Assembly (NCBI GenBank): GCA_964619725.1
Contig: CAZUFC010000005.1
Location: 32,001 to 96,000 of the forward strand
Direction of reading: 5' to 3'
Length of the DNA stretch: 64,000 nucleotides
From: an uncultured bacterium
GTDB taxonomy: Bacteria; CSSED10-310; CAZUFC01
In this document: piece after piece, positions 30,801 to 40,425 of the stretch
How positions within the stretch are numbered: the stretch's first letter is position 1
How the letters are laid out: each line of letters starts with the position of its first letter
Position numbers and translations under genes: made by a program
The notes under the pieces: generated by a model
Database searches by the model: none
Told to the model about the DNA's origin: nothing
The model's input: only the letters and a program-made list of their open reading frames with translations

Positions 30801-32997
30801 CTGGACGGAATATTTCCATAATACGGCTTCCATGTCCGACGGAGACTGGGTTGAATGTTCGTATGACATTTCGGCTACCGCCGACGGGCAGCCTCAAGTC
30901 TACATCCGATGGACCATGGGACCCACAGACGGTTCTTATGTCTATTGCGGATGGAATATAGACGATGTGGAGGTTGCATATCTGGGACCTTGCGACGTTC
31001 CGGTCCTGATGCACGACGATCACGGCATAGACGATTCCAGCGGCAACGACAATGGTGAAGCCAATCCTGGCGAGAATATACTGTCATGGATACAGCTTTA
31101 CAACAATTCGAGCATAGATGCCTCCAACGTTTCGGGAACCGTTACCGAAACCAGCGAGCATGTGACGATAATAAACGGCGATATTTCATTCCCGGATATT
31201 CCGGGTCATACCTGCGGTTTGTCCAACGAACCCTACCTGGAATGGGAAGTCGCTTCCGACGCGCCTGACGGCGCTTCAATTTTCTTCAGCATTGCCTGGA
31301 CCAGCGAAGAGGGTTCCGGCACAGCCAATTTCACGGAACTGATAGTGGCGCCTATCCTGGAATACGCTGACCGCGAAATCGACGATTCTTCAGGGAACGA
31401 CGACGGCATTGCAGACCCGGATGAAAGCATTGTTCTGCCTGTGCTGCTCAATAACAGCGGACATGGTACAGCGTCGAACATTATCGGAACTTTGAGCACA
31501 ACTTCAGAGCACATCACCGTTACAGACAGCGAAGCAGCCTGGGATGACCTGCCGGGTGAAACTTCCGAATGGAGCATTGATAACTTCGGTTTCGACGTGC
31601 ATGAGGATGCGCCGGAAGGAGAAATGGTCGAGTTTCAACTGGATGTCCATGCGGACGGTTACAACGATACGTTTAATTTTTCAATCGGCATCGGAGCGCA
31701 GCCTGCCCTGGTCATCAACGACGGCAGCGGAACGCATGCGGGCATATTTACTACCGTTCTCGGAGATAACGGTTTCATGGTCACTCAGGAAGATGCTTCA
31801 GCCACAGACCCGGCTGCCTGGCCGCAGTATTCCCTTATCATTTGGAGCGCTGGAGACAACAGCGAGCCCGTCGATAATTCCTCCTGGCGAACGAATCTGC
31901 AAACTTTCGTCGCTGAAGGCGGAAGACTGCTGATAGAAGGCGGCGAGGTCTGTTACGACTTCTATTACAGCGATCCTGCTTTCCTTGAAAACGTATGCCA
32001 TGTCACGGATTGGAATGGAGACAGTTCAGGAAACCTGTCGCTGGAAGCGGCGAGTCATCCTGTCGCTACTACGCCTTATACTCTGCCGGCAACTATCGAT
32101 CATTCCTATGACGGCTATTACGACCAGGATGCGTGCGATGTGGCCGCCGATGCGGAAACCGTCTACGGATGGACCTCAGCCTCAGGCGGAGGACTGATTG
32201 CATATGACGACGATGCTTCGCCCACTAACGGCGGACAGATCGTCTTCTTCTCATTCTCCATAGGAAACGTCACCGATAATACCGTCAGAAGCAACTTGAT
32301 CGTTAATGCCGCACGATGGATCGCAGGCATCAGCGGTCCGGTTCCGACTCCTACGCCTTCCGTACCGCCTACTCATACGCCTACTTATACGCCTACCCTG
32401 ACGCCTACAAGCATCCTTCCGACCTGGACACCTACATCTACTCCCACAGAAGTTCCCCCGACATATACTCCTACATACACGCCGACAGAAATTCCTCCAA
32501 CCGATACTCCTACTTACACGCCCACGGAAGAACCGCCCACTTTCACGCCGACGCCTACCCCAACCCTTGACTGGCCTACATCAACACCGACATTCTACAT
32601 TACGACTACTCCCACTGAAGGCACCCCTACCGTCTTCCCCTCACCCACTCCGACAGCCATTACCATCAAACTGATACTCAATCAGAACATGTTCCATTCA
32701 AACGACGAATTCATCCTGGACTGCCGCATAATCAATCCCGGTCCCTTCGTAACGCTCGATCAATACATCATCCTGGACGTCGCCGGCAATTACTGGTTCT
32801 ATGACAACTGGACTCAGGACGTCGATTGGGTTGAAAAGGAAATCCCCGCTTACTCTGATGAAGCGGAAAATATCCTCTACTTCGTCTGGCCGGAAGATGC
32901 CGGGTCATTCTACGGTATAAAATTCTGGGCCGGTTTGCTCGATGACGGTTTCAACATCGTGGGTGAAATCGATTTCATCGAATGGGGATACGAGTAA
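27826..32997 (+). CDS. Secreted C25 (gingipain-like) cysteine peptidase, multidomain, with PT linker and shared CTD
   Basis: C25 propeptide (GEIGVPRMP), YVLLVGD, SLGRWP, SGHGS (His), HACST (Cys), GDPS; FN3-like domain; CTD ILDVAGNYWFYDNW...FVWP. Confidence 0.9.
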   Translation: MSNVSFLKPVLCFMIVLGVLASGAIVYGGQANWYGFGKDAAAPESPAVSVLNSNYNGAAFELSFSGFAYQETWIKNDRFLEIEMPGLGQTGEIGVPRMPAYRRFVELPYCSSVKVEVEILERGEVMLPELGYDLEPVPVQPPVDKVPGAYENMELHYNPKVYSQSGVLFPLTARLGKAAHARGHRVALLEVFPMTYDPAEQILKYAKKVRVTLNYEGVNVSKTRRILERYQDRLFDRLVSSFVINPGSLTGTKDYPPAAPPSMLIIVHDDLESSIGPFASWKQMIGYDVTVANTTETGTSAQNIKDYIYTAFTTWPNPPVYVLLVGDTGFIPAWDGPHSYSETDINYSLLVDDDYLPDVSLGRWPVDTTADLDIVIEKTMAYGQVNVPDTTFYGHGVFIASSDWGQLAEQTHNYVIDNYLEPDGHTAHKVYEASGGSTSDIIENLNDGMSWCVYSGHGSPSGWGCVPFYQTNIRNDLMNENEYPLVSSHACSTNTYEDDECFGETWLIEEDKGGIGFWGASSGTQWDEDDIIEKGQFRGLVEDKLYAFAMTTDYGKYDLVIEYGWASNVYDYYDKYVVHGDPSIDPFTHIPTELNVTHDPTAPVGEVDFSVHVETGGEAVESALVNLVMDDEVLGVGYTDSSGDLTLTIHPEIAGEMDVIVTAHNTEPYYGMVTVAAQGCGIIVMDSDLYHCSATVEIHVWDTDLNIDPGVADTAEIDMSSDTEPTPEVVVITETGADTNEFVGTIELSETQGGVGYLMVSHEDTVTAHYHDEDCDGVPVDVYDEATTDCVGPVISGVSFSGVLDTTATINWTTDEASDSVVYYGLDTPPTESAADTAMVTEHSIVLEGLEQCSKYYFYVASSDASGNTAIDDNSGEYYFFNTLGNFVLLEENMDSDPGWTISGGDWEFGTPTGQGGEHGDPDPTSGYTGDNVYGYNLEGDYGNNMAVYHLTSPPLDCSNAAGTTLTFWRWLGVESPSYDHAVISVSNDGTTWTEYFHNTASMSDGDWVECSYDISATADGQPQVYIRWTMGPTDGSYVYCGWNIDDVEVAYLGPCDVPVLMHDDHGIDDSSGNDNGEANPGENILSWIQLYNNSSIDASNVSGTVTETSEHVTIINGDISFPDIPGHTCGLSNEPYLEWEVASDAPDGASIFFSIAWTSEEGSGTANFTELIVAPILEYADREIDDSSGNDDGIADPDESIVLPVLLNNSGHGTASNIIGTLSTTSEHITVTDSEAAWDDLPGETSEWSIDNFGFDVHEDAPEGEMVEFQLDVHADGYNDTFNFSIGIGAQPALVINDGSGTHAGIFTTVLGDNGFMVTQEDASATDPAAWPQYSLIIWSAGDNSEPVDNSSWRTNLQTFVAEGGRLLIEGGEVCYDFYYSDPAFLENVCHVTDWNGDSSGNLSLEAASHPVATTPYTLPATIDHSYDGYYDQDACDVAADAETVYGWTSASGGGLIAYDDDASPTNGGQIVFFSFSIGNVTDNTVRSNLIVNAARWIAGISGPVPTPTPSVPPTHTPTYTPTLTPTSILPTWTPTSTPTEVPPTYTPTYTPTEIPPTDTPTYTPTEEPPTFTPTPTPTLDWPTSTPTFYITTTPTEGTPTVFPSPTPTAITIKLILNQNMFHSNDEFILDCRIINPGPFVTLDQYIILDVAGNYWFYDNWTQDVDWVEKEIPAYSDEAENILYFVWPEDAGSFYGIKFWAGLLDDGFNIVGEIDFIEWGYE

Positions 32998-33061
32998 TAA
33001 TAACGCCTGGACGACCAATCGTTCTAACTGTGAGACGATTGAAGGCCGGGCGATAAATCTG

Positions 33062-33097
33062 AAGCGGCGTCCGGACAATTTCCGGCGCCGCTTTTTT
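33062..33097 (+). terminator. Rho-independent terminator after the C25 peptidase gene
   Basis: AAGCGGCG(T)CCGGA-CAATT-TCCGGCGCCGC followed by TTTTTT. Confidence 0.8.
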
Positions 33098-33178
33098 GTC
33101 GCAGGGCAACTTGACGGTTTCTATGCTCTTAAGCAAGGAGCGGTGAACCGGAAATACTGCGCAGAAAAAATTGCAAAA

Positions 33179-34021
33179 ATGAACCCCGATCCGCAAAAAA
33201 AACTTGAATCCTGGCTGCATCTGCCCGCTCATGATTTTCTGATCGTTCTCGACCTCGACGGCGCCGTCCATAAAGGCATTCCTCTGCTTAATCCCAGAGG
33301 ATATTCCAACCTGGACCTGGTATGGAACCTTATGTGGAAAAACCTCCAGCGCCCCGTTCGTTACTCGCTAACAGCCTTCAGAATGCTCCGACTCAACCGG
33401 CTAGATAAAAAACTCATGAAATTAAAAACACAGGGCGCCTGCTCCATGTCTCACCGGGACGAAAAACTGATCCGCTCCTTCGTTGAAGAAATTCTAAGCA
33501 TTTACGAATTGAAAGAAATTCAAAGAGCGGGAGAGGTTATAACGAAATATGCCTTTCCCTTTTTTTTTGATACGATTCGCAGAATTAATGAGATAAATCT
33601 CCATAACAAAAAGAAAACTCATCTATATTTCATAAGCAAAGCCTTTCGTATAATTCTGGAGGTTTATGCCGACAAAATACAAAAATGCGTGGGCCTGCCC
33701 GTGAACATCATAGCGAACGAACTGAAGCAGAATCCCAAAGAAGCGGTCCTGCTTCGTGAAGAAAAAGGTATCCTTACGCAACAGAACAAAATAGAAGCCC
33801 TGGCCCGAATCCTGGCGAAAAACGAAAAAGCTCCGGCGCTCATTATGGGGGATACTGAAGAGGACGCCGGTATGATGGATTATGCAAATAGAAAGATCGG
33901 TCCCGAATATGCGCTGGGCATAGCGATCAATTCCAAGGACAACATAATCAAAAATGCTGCCGATATTACTGTGCCTGATTGGAAGACGCTGTTGTGCATG
34001 TTGAAAAAACAGGAAATGTAG
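33179..34021 (+). CDS. HAD-superfamily hydrolase-like protein
   Basis: VLDLDG motif I, ISKA, K, MGDTEED motif IV; start moved to ATG 33179 downstream of the terminator. Confidence 0.65.
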   Translation: MNPDPQKKLESWLHLPAHDFLIVLDLDGAVHKGIPLLNPRGYSNLDLVWNLMWKNLQRPVRYSLTAFRMLRLNRLDKKLMKLKTQGACSMSHRDEKLIRSFVEEILSIYELKEIQRAGEVITKYAFPFFFDTIRRINEINLHNKKKTHLYFISKAFRIILEVYADKIQKCVGLPVNIIANELKQNPKEAVLLREEKGILTQQNKIEALARILAKNEKAPALIMGDTEEDAGMMDYANRKIGPEYALGIAINSKDNIIKNAADITVPDWKTLLCMLKKQEM

Positions 34022-34333
34022 AGAAAACCGGACGTATCTTTTATGGAAAATCCTTTTGAAGCGCGCCGGCGCCGTCAAAACGATGATCGATCGTTATGTG
34101 CTCAAAAATTGGTTGTTTTCCTGCGAATATATTATAATAATTGATGCGAAGTATTTTTCAGGATGCATGCAGAAAATGAAGGGCGATAAAAATGACATGT
34201 ACATCTCCTGACATTGAATGATAAAAAATTGTGAAATGCAAGAAAAACAAATTTTTTTAACAGTTTGTTACATCCTTGTTAAGAGCGCTGAAATATGAAG
34301 GCGAACAAGTTTCTTAATGAGAGGAGGAAAATA

Positions 34334-36307
34334 ATGAAGGCTTTTTTGAAAATGTATATTTTTTGTTTCGTCATATGGGTAATGATGAATGCTGTATCGG
34401 TTCAGGGTGACCCGACTCCGCAATGGTTATGGGAAGATAACGAGACGACGCAGATAGAGAGTTTGACGATTAATGCGGCAGGAACCATGTTGGCGGTGGG
34501 AACGCGAATGGGTCCGAACGGAAAGGGGATATTTGCTGTATTTGATTGGCGATATCCTGAGCCGATAATGCGTGAGGAGTATGCGGATACAACGGTATCA
34601 GGCGTGGCGCTTTCTGAAGACGGCGTATGGGCAGCCTGTAATGCGGGCGACACACTGTATTTATATGAAATACCGGGCATATTGAAAATGCAGTTCACAG
34701 ATACAGACGGCAATTTGAGGGACGTCGGATTCAGCGGGGATGGTTCATTGTTATATGCATCCCGGTATCTGGATTCCATGTTGACCGAAGGCGGCGCAGT
34801 GCATTTATTCGATGTTGACAATTTAGAGCTGCTGTGGACGGATGTATTGGGGGATCATTTAGAATTTGCACCGAGACTGAGAGTGACTAAAATTTCTGAT
34901 GACGGCTCACGAATATTGTGTACCTTTCAGACGGGCATGATGGGGGAGCCTGTTTATGCCGCTTTGTACCAAACGGATTCAGCGACGCCTGACGATCCGG
35001 TCTGGATTACGCCTCCTATTGAACCCTCGTATGTTCCTGAGTCTGATTTTGCCGGAGACGGAGAAAACTTCGTATTAGGTTCAGCCGTATATGTTCGATA
35101 TTATGACATGGAACCGCCTTCCGGCGGAGTCAAGGATCCGATATGGACGGAGACGGCGGGCGGACATTACACGCTCATGCACAAAGTTTCCATATCAAGG
35201 GATGGAAACACGGTAGGTCACTTCGGACCATATTCGGATTTGGCGGGCGATATCGTGCCGGGTTCGGTTGAAGTTTACGACGACGAAGGAAATCTTAAAT
35301 TTCATACGGAAACATATTACAAATGGCCTGAAGGCGATGTATCAGGCGACGGCTCCCGTGTCGCCTTCTCGAGTCTGAAAACAGAACAAGCCGTTGAGCC
35401 GAATTCATATGTGATGGGTGTTGAAGAAGAAGAGATAATATGGTCCGGTCCGGGCATCGGTAAAGTCATTATGGATGAAACCGGAGAGTCAATCCTGATG
35501 GGAGGCGGAACATACTACGATGCATCTTATGAACAAATGCTTTACTACAGGTTGGAAGATAATGAGCCCCCTGCTTGCGAAATTACGTCGCCGGAACCGG
35601 GTTCCTCGGTCGGCGGTTGCGTAACGGTGCAAGGAACTTCCGAAGACCTTGACGGTACAGTTTTATTTGTAGAATTATACATGCCCGACGGCAACCAGAC
35701 GGCTGATCCGGTCGGATCATCTTATGACCTGTGGACCGCCGTACTCGATTTCAGCTCGATTCCGCCAGGTCCGTTTACGCTCAAAGCCAGAGCGGTTGAC
35801 GAAAACTATAAATACGGCCCCTGGTTTGACATTGAAATAACCGTCTTTGAAGTTACTCAAACTCCGACTCCGCAGTTTACTCATACCCCTACTCAGGAAA
35901 ATACGCCTCTGCCGACTTGCACGCCCGATCCTGACGACACGCTCACTATAATGCTCGATATGCCCGCAAAATTATTCCGGCCCGGCGATACCTTCCGACT
36001 GGACGCTCATGTCTGGAATCCCGGTCCCATACTGACTGACATGCCGCTTGTGGTAATGCTCGAAATTTACGATAACTTATATTTCTGGCCCTCATGGAAC
36101 TGTCTTGAACCGGACGGCGCTGGGTTCGACTTTCAATTAAGAGATTTTCCCATAGGGCAAACTGATTGTGAAATAATACAAACATTTATATGGCCTCAAA
36201 ACGCCGGCGAAGCCTATGGCATCCTTTTCTACAGCGCTTTGCTCTCCGCGGATTTTACTTCCTTAATTTCTAATATGGATTTCATAACCTGGGGTTTTCA
36301 GGAATAA
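34334..36307 (+). CDS. Secreted beta-propeller + Ig-like protein with short PT linker and shared CTD
   Basis: AGGAGG RBS before ATG 34334; repeated S.DG blades; NEPP..EITSP Ig module; CTD MLEIYDNLYFWPSW...FIWP. Confidence 0.8.
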   Translation: MKAFLKMYIFCFVIWVMMNAVSVQGDPTPQWLWEDNETTQIESLTINAAGTMLAVGTRMGPNGKGIFAVFDWRYPEPIMREEYADTTVSGVALSEDGVWAACNAGDTLYLYEIPGILKMQFTDTDGNLRDVGFSGDGSLLYASRYLDSMLTEGGAVHLFDVDNLELLWTDVLGDHLEFAPRLRVTKISDDGSRILCTFQTGMMGEPVYAALYQTDSATPDDPVWITPPIEPSYVPESDFAGDGENFVLGSAVYVRYYDMEPPSGGVKDPIWTETAGGHYTLMHKVSISRDGNTVGHFGPYSDLAGDIVPGSVEVYDDEGNLKFHTETYYKWPEGDVSGDGSRVAFSSLKTEQAVEPNSYVMGVEEEEIIWSGPGIGKVIMDETGESILMGGGTYYDASYEQMLYYRLEDNEPPACEITSPEPGSSVGGCVTVQGTSEDLDGTVLFVELYMPDGNQTADPVGSSYDLWTAVLDFSSIPPGPFTLKARAVDENYKYGPWFDIEITVFEVTQTPTPQFTHTPTQENTPLPTCTPDPDDTLTIMLDMPAKLFRPGDTFRLDAHVWNPGPILTDMPLVVMLEIYDNLYFWPSWNCLEPDGAGFDFQLRDFPIGQTDCEIIQTFIWPQNAGEAYGILFYSALLSADFTSLISNMDFITWGFQE

Positions 36308-36483
36308 AATTGCAAATCGACTTCCTCTGTTTAATGAAGCCGCGTAAAAACACTGGTTGAAGGGAACATATTGCCTGTACGGCACAACCTCGAACTGATT
36401 GGTTGGCCCTGGGAAAGCTGCGGTTTGGACGACACCGGCAGATGATAACATGCAAGCGGCCCTGATATAGACATTTGCCTGGG

Positions 36484-36650
36484 AATTATCGGGACTGTTC
36501 AAACAGTGGTTACACTTCTTTCAAAACGTTTGAAAGTTTTTTTTCAGTAATCGGTATCCGGGTCGGTATCGCAATCGGGATCGAAATCGAAACGAAATGA
36601 TGGGATATTCTGTCGAATTGTAACCTCAAAAGACTCATTTTTGATCAATG
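36484..36650 (+). repeat. Left-arm copy of the 60368-60812 element
   Basis: GGGACTG..CAAA..GTGGTTA.ACTT...TCAAAACGTTTG, ATCGGG-type hexamers and AAATGATGGGATATT...GAATTGTAACCTCAAAAGAC.CATTTTTGATCAATGCCG shared with 60383-60569. Confidence 0.8.
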
Positions 36651-36676
36651 CCGAATTACTTTTTTTGATTGTCTTT

Positions 36677-37090
36677 TCAACTGTTTTCCAGGAAATCGAC
36701 CAGTTCTTTTTTGATTTTTTCCCGGTTTTTCAGCCTGCAGGTCCATAGTATCAGGGGAGTCCAGCCTGATTCTTTCAGTTTTTTCATGTTTTCAGCGTCG
36801 CGCACTTTGTTTTTTTTAATTTTATTAACCCAGTATTGACGGTTAGTTGCCGGCAGTGACGCTCTTTTGCATCCCTGGTGTCCGTGCCAGAAGCATCCGT
36901 GCACGAATATCACTTTTTTGTATTTCGGCAGGACTATATCAGGATTTCCCGGAAGGTCCTTTCTGTGAAGCCTGAAGCGATAACCCATTCTATGCAGCAT
37001 GGACCTGATCAGGATTTCCGGTTTGGTGTTTTTCCCCTTCACTTTTTTCATAATTTCGCTTCTTTTTTGAGGGGAAAATTTATCAGCCAT
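36677..37090 (-). CDS. vsr: Very short patch repair endonuclease
   Basis: MADKFSPQKRSEIM, TKPE, LPGNPD, FVHGCFWHGH. Confidence 0.95.
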   Translation of the reverse strand: MADKFSPQKRSEIMKKVKGKNTKPEILIRSMLHRMGYRFRLHRKDLPGNPDIVLPKYKKVIFVHGCFWHGHQGCKRASLPATNRQYWVNKIKKNKVRDAENMKKLKESGWTPLILWTCRLKNREKIKKELVDFLENS

Positions 37091-37100
37091 ATGGTGATTT

Positions 37101-39038
37101 TCAGGAGCCTGCGTATATGTATAGTCTTTGTCCCGGGTAAATGACCCGTTTTTTGCTTATGCCGTTGGCTATGGCGATATCGTTGATGGTAACGCCGAAT
37201 GCCCGCGCTATTTTGCTCAATGTATCGCCTCTTCTGACGCGATATGTTTTCAGATGCGCATTTTTTTTCGGATAGATGACCAGTTTCTGTCCGGGATGAA
37301 TGGTTCCCCGCGACATTTTGTTCCATCGCATGATATCCCGGAAATTTACGCCGAATATATTGGCGATGCCGACCAGGAAATTTCCTTTTTTGACGGTATA
37401 GATGATTTTTTCAGGAGTCGCCGACCCGGTTCTGAGGATTTTTAATCTTTGGCCCCTTTTGATCATGTAAGGAGGTCGAATATTATTCCATTCCGCAATT
37501 TTCCTGTAAGAAACCCCGTATTTTTTGCCGATGCTTGTAAGCGTTTCGCCTCTGCTTACGCAATGAACGAGCGTCTGCGTTTCTCCTGAGGAGGTCGCTC
37601 CGGCTTGATCTTCAGACGATGTACCGGAGGCAGAAGCGATGTGTTCGGGTTCGGCTTTTTTCAATATTCCAGCGATATCATCCCTTTTTTCTTTGGGGAC
37701 AAGCAGAGGGAAGTTATTAACCGGAGTTTTTCCGTAGGAGAAACTGACGTCCGAGTTGATGCTCGTCAACTCGGCCGTGGAGATTCCGGCTGCAGCGGCC
37801 AGTTGAGATAGAGGGTAGGGGCTGGGTACTATCACGGTATCGTATCTTTTGAATATTTCGTCTGTCGTAGGCATGTCGAAACCGAATCTTTCCGGGTCTC
37901 TTCCGACTACCGCAGCAGCCATAATTCGGGGTATATATTCTCTTGTTTCCCGGGGAAGACAATCCTGAATGTGCCAGAATGTTCTTTCCTCGAAGGGATT
38001 GTCCAGCTTCATCAGGCATTTTTGTATGCGATTTTCTCCGGCATTGTAGGAAGCCATGGCCAGAAGAAAAGAACGCGAACCGAAAACGGCAATAAGGTCC
38101 AGTAAATATTCCCGCGCCGCGACGCCGGACTTGTAAGGGTCCAGTCTTTCATCGGTATAATAGTTTATCTGTAATCCATAACGTCTTCCAGTGCCTCGAA
38201 TGAACTGCCACATGCCTCTCGCCCCTGCGCGACTGCGTGCTCTGATGACGAAGCCGCTTTCGACGAAGGCCAGGTATCCGAGTTCAACGGGCATGCGTTT
38301 TTCTTCGAATATTTGACGGATCATCGGCCAGTAACGATGCTTCCTTCGATAACTGCGTTCGTACCAATCCTTCTTTTCCGTCTGATAATACCGGATGTAT
38401 TTTTCAACTTCCTCGACGAAAATCCTAATGCCTTCTTCAGAAGGGGAATCTTCGCCGAATTTACGGAAAAGATTTCTTATTTCATTTTCAATAAATTCAT
38501 TATCGTCAAGTATGGTTTCCACGACTTCTATCTGTTCATCTTTTATTTCCGCTTTATCCTCAGCACTCTGCCGCAGACTGTCACGATAGATCGCTTCCAG
38601 GTTTCTGTCCTGATAAGGTTCGGGAAGGTTTAAAGAAAGCAATTTCAACGTTTTCATGTCTTCAGGGATATCTGCCGACAGGAGCATGATCTGAGCGTTG
38701 TCGAATATGATGCCGGCTTCTTTATAGCGGCCGCTCTCATATGCATTTAACGCTTTAACCGCCAGTTTTCTTGCTTCCAGTATCCGCTCGGCTCCGGTCA
38801 TCGATACGTATTCATCAGCTTCCCCGGCGATCATAGACGCCGCCGGCTCAACCGGTGCATCCTCGCAAACCGCCGTATCCTCTGAAGGCTTTTCGGCAGA
38901 ACGCTGGACATCGTCCTCCTGGTTTAATGATGAGGCAGCAGGTTCGGGGAATCCCGGAGCAATTCTGCGCCGACAGCCCGTCATCAGCAGATTTACTGTA
39001 ATCAAAACGACAACTGTTGCTCTTAATATTATTATCAT
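37101..39038 (-). CDS. mltD: MltD-like lytic transglycosylase lipoprotein with three LysM domains
   Basis: AFVESGF, AGARGMWQFI, ASYNAGE, LPRETREY; three LysM repeats; lipobox MTGC; start 39038 overlaps the upstream stop (ATGA). Confidence 0.88.
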   Translation of the reverse strand: MIIILRATVVVLITVNLLMTGCRRRIAPGFPEPAASSLNQEDDVQRSAEKPSEDTAVCEDAPVEPAASMIAGEADEYVSMTGAERILEARKLAVKALNAYESGRYKEAGIIFDNAQIMLLSADIPEDMKTLKLLSLNLPEPYQDRNLEAIYRDSLRQSAEDKAEIKDEQIEVVETILDDNEFIENEIRNLFRKFGEDSPSEEGIRIFVEEVEKYIRYYQTEKKDWYERSYRRKHRYWPMIRQIFEEKRMPVELGYLAFVESGFVIRARSRAGARGMWQFIRGTGRRYGLQINYYTDERLDPYKSGVAAREYLLDLIAVFGSRSFLLAMASYNAGENRIQKCLMKLDNPFEERTFWHIQDCLPRETREYIPRIMAAAVVGRDPERFGFDMPTTDEIFKRYDTVIVPSPYPLSQLAAAAGISTAELTSINSDVSFSYGKTPVNNFPLLVPKEKRDDIAGILKKAEPEHIASASGTSSEDQAGATSSGETQTLVHCVSRGETLTSIGKKYGVSYRKIAEWNNIRPPYMIKRGQRLKILRTGSATPEKIIYTVKKGNFLVGIANIFGVNFRDIMRWNKMSRGTIHPGQKLVIYPKKNAHLKTYRVRRGDTLSKIARAFGVTINDIAIANGISKKRVIYPGQRLYIYAGS

Positions 39039-39565
39039 CTTTCCCGTATCTGTTTGCGGTATATTTCTCGAATGCATTTCAACGTTAGATAATAGCGGGC
39101 ATCTTTGAAGTCCGGAAACGTCCATTCAAAGGCCGCGAAATTTTTTTTCCAGTAATATAGAGTAAAATCGGCATAAACCATTTCGCCAAGATATATCTTT
39201 TGTCCGCCGTATTTGTGCGAAGCCAGCACAACTTTGTAAAAATCGATGTATCCCGGATCGATATTGACCCTCCGCAATCCGTTTTCTCTGTATCTGTCTT
39301 CAATTTCATCCGTTTTGAGTTTCATTTCCACGATTTTTTCAGCCCCGATCAAACGATCGAATGAAACGAACAATCGCTTCAAATCGCTTCCCATTTCCTC
39401 TTCATAGTAATCCGTGACGTTAAAATCAAATGCCTCGCTGAGGAAATCATGCGGACCGAAATACGATTCCATATCTTTAATCGTTTTGTCAACCAGCCGG
39501 GTGGAATTAACGAGCAATCCGACGAAATATTTAACCGGGTCCGGCGGTTTCAAGGGCGAATTCAT
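39035..39565 (-). CDS. DUF4416 family protein
   Basis: TDYYEEEMG, RRVNIDPGY, WTFPDF. Confidence 0.85.
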   Translation of the reverse strand: MNSPLKPPDPVKYFVGLLVNSTRLVDKTIKDMESYFGPHDFLSEAFDFNVTDYYEEEMGSDLKRLFVSFDRLIGAEKIVEMKLKTDEIEDRYRENGLRRVNIDPGYIDFYKVVLASHKYGGQKIYLGEMVYADFTLYYWKKNFAAFEWTFPDFKDARYYLTLKCIREIYRKQIRER

Positions 39566-40374
39566 GGTCGAATGATATCGTTTCTTTCGGTGTGAGTGAT
39601 GAATTCCCGGGCTTCATCGACCAGGCCGGAAGGAAGAGAGAACAGACGGCTGACTTCGCCGCTGTAATCCTGGTCCACGCGGGAACGTATTCTTTGCTGC
39701 CGGTTGACTCTTTGAACGGACTGGTTGCGCAGATAAAGCTGTCCCTCTTCCGACACTTTTGTGATGAGTATCGATTCCATCATATTGAACCGGAAGGTCC
39801 TCAACCATAATTCTTTGAATCTTTCCATGCTCAGAGGCTCAATTTTCAACCTGTAGCGCCATTTTTCGACGCCTTTATTTTCCGTGAACAGATAAATACG
39901 GCGTTTATCCGGGTCATGGACTATCCTCAAAGAATTGATCGGCGTTTTTATTCGGATATATCCTCGCGGCGGCAACGGTACAGGCCTCGTGATAAGATAA
40001 CCGGGATCGACCAGAAACGTTTGACGGTCAAGCCGGACCAACAGAGCGCAATGAAGGTCATCCCCGTATTTCATGTCTCCCATGACGATGCGCGCCTTGA
40101 ATCCGCAGCCGAGCAATATACCGTATAGAGTGTTGACCAGAGAAAAACATGTGCCTCCCGTCCCGAATGCGTTGAAACATTCCAGCACTTCATCGGGCAG
40201 TCTCATTTTCTGGTCCGTATCGGGATGGCGGCTGTATTTCAATATCTTCGTAATGTTTTCATAAGGCAATCGCGAAAACTCAGATACGATTTTATCCAGG
40301 AATTCCTTGTTGGGTGAAGAACCCTTGAGATTTAATATCTTTAAAGCTTTTTGAATGTCCAAAGCGCTAAACAC
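39562..40374 (-). CDS. Arylamine N-acetyltransferase family protein
   Basis: PYEN, GGTCF (Cys), HCAL (His), VDPGY (Asp) triad. Confidence 0.85.
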   Translation of the reverse strand: MFSALDIQKALKILNLKGSSPNKEFLDKIVSEFSRLPYENITKILKYSRHPDTDQKMRLPDEVLECFNAFGTGGTCFSLVNTLYGILLGCGFKARIVMGDMKYGDDLHCALLVRLDRQTFLVDPGYLITRPVPLPPRGYIRIKTPINSLRIVHDPDKRRIYLFTENKGVEKWRYRLKIEPLSMERFKELWLRTFRFNMMESILITKVSEEGQLYLRNQSVQRVNRQQRIRSRVDQDYSGEVSRLFSLPSGLVDEAREFITHTERNDIIRP

Positions 40375-40425
40375 GGCAAGCTTTCATTTATAGACTCAAA
40401 ACGAATTGAATGACGGTTTCCTTTT

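Noticed and set aside
22096-32997. Diversity-generating retroelement
   Set aside because: No reverse transcriptase, and I saw no repeat pair differing only at adenines; M14/C25 similarity is ordinary paralogy
32942-33178. N-terminal extension of the HAD-like ORF
   Set aside because: Overlaps the C25 gene end and spans a terminator; ATG 33179 is more plausible
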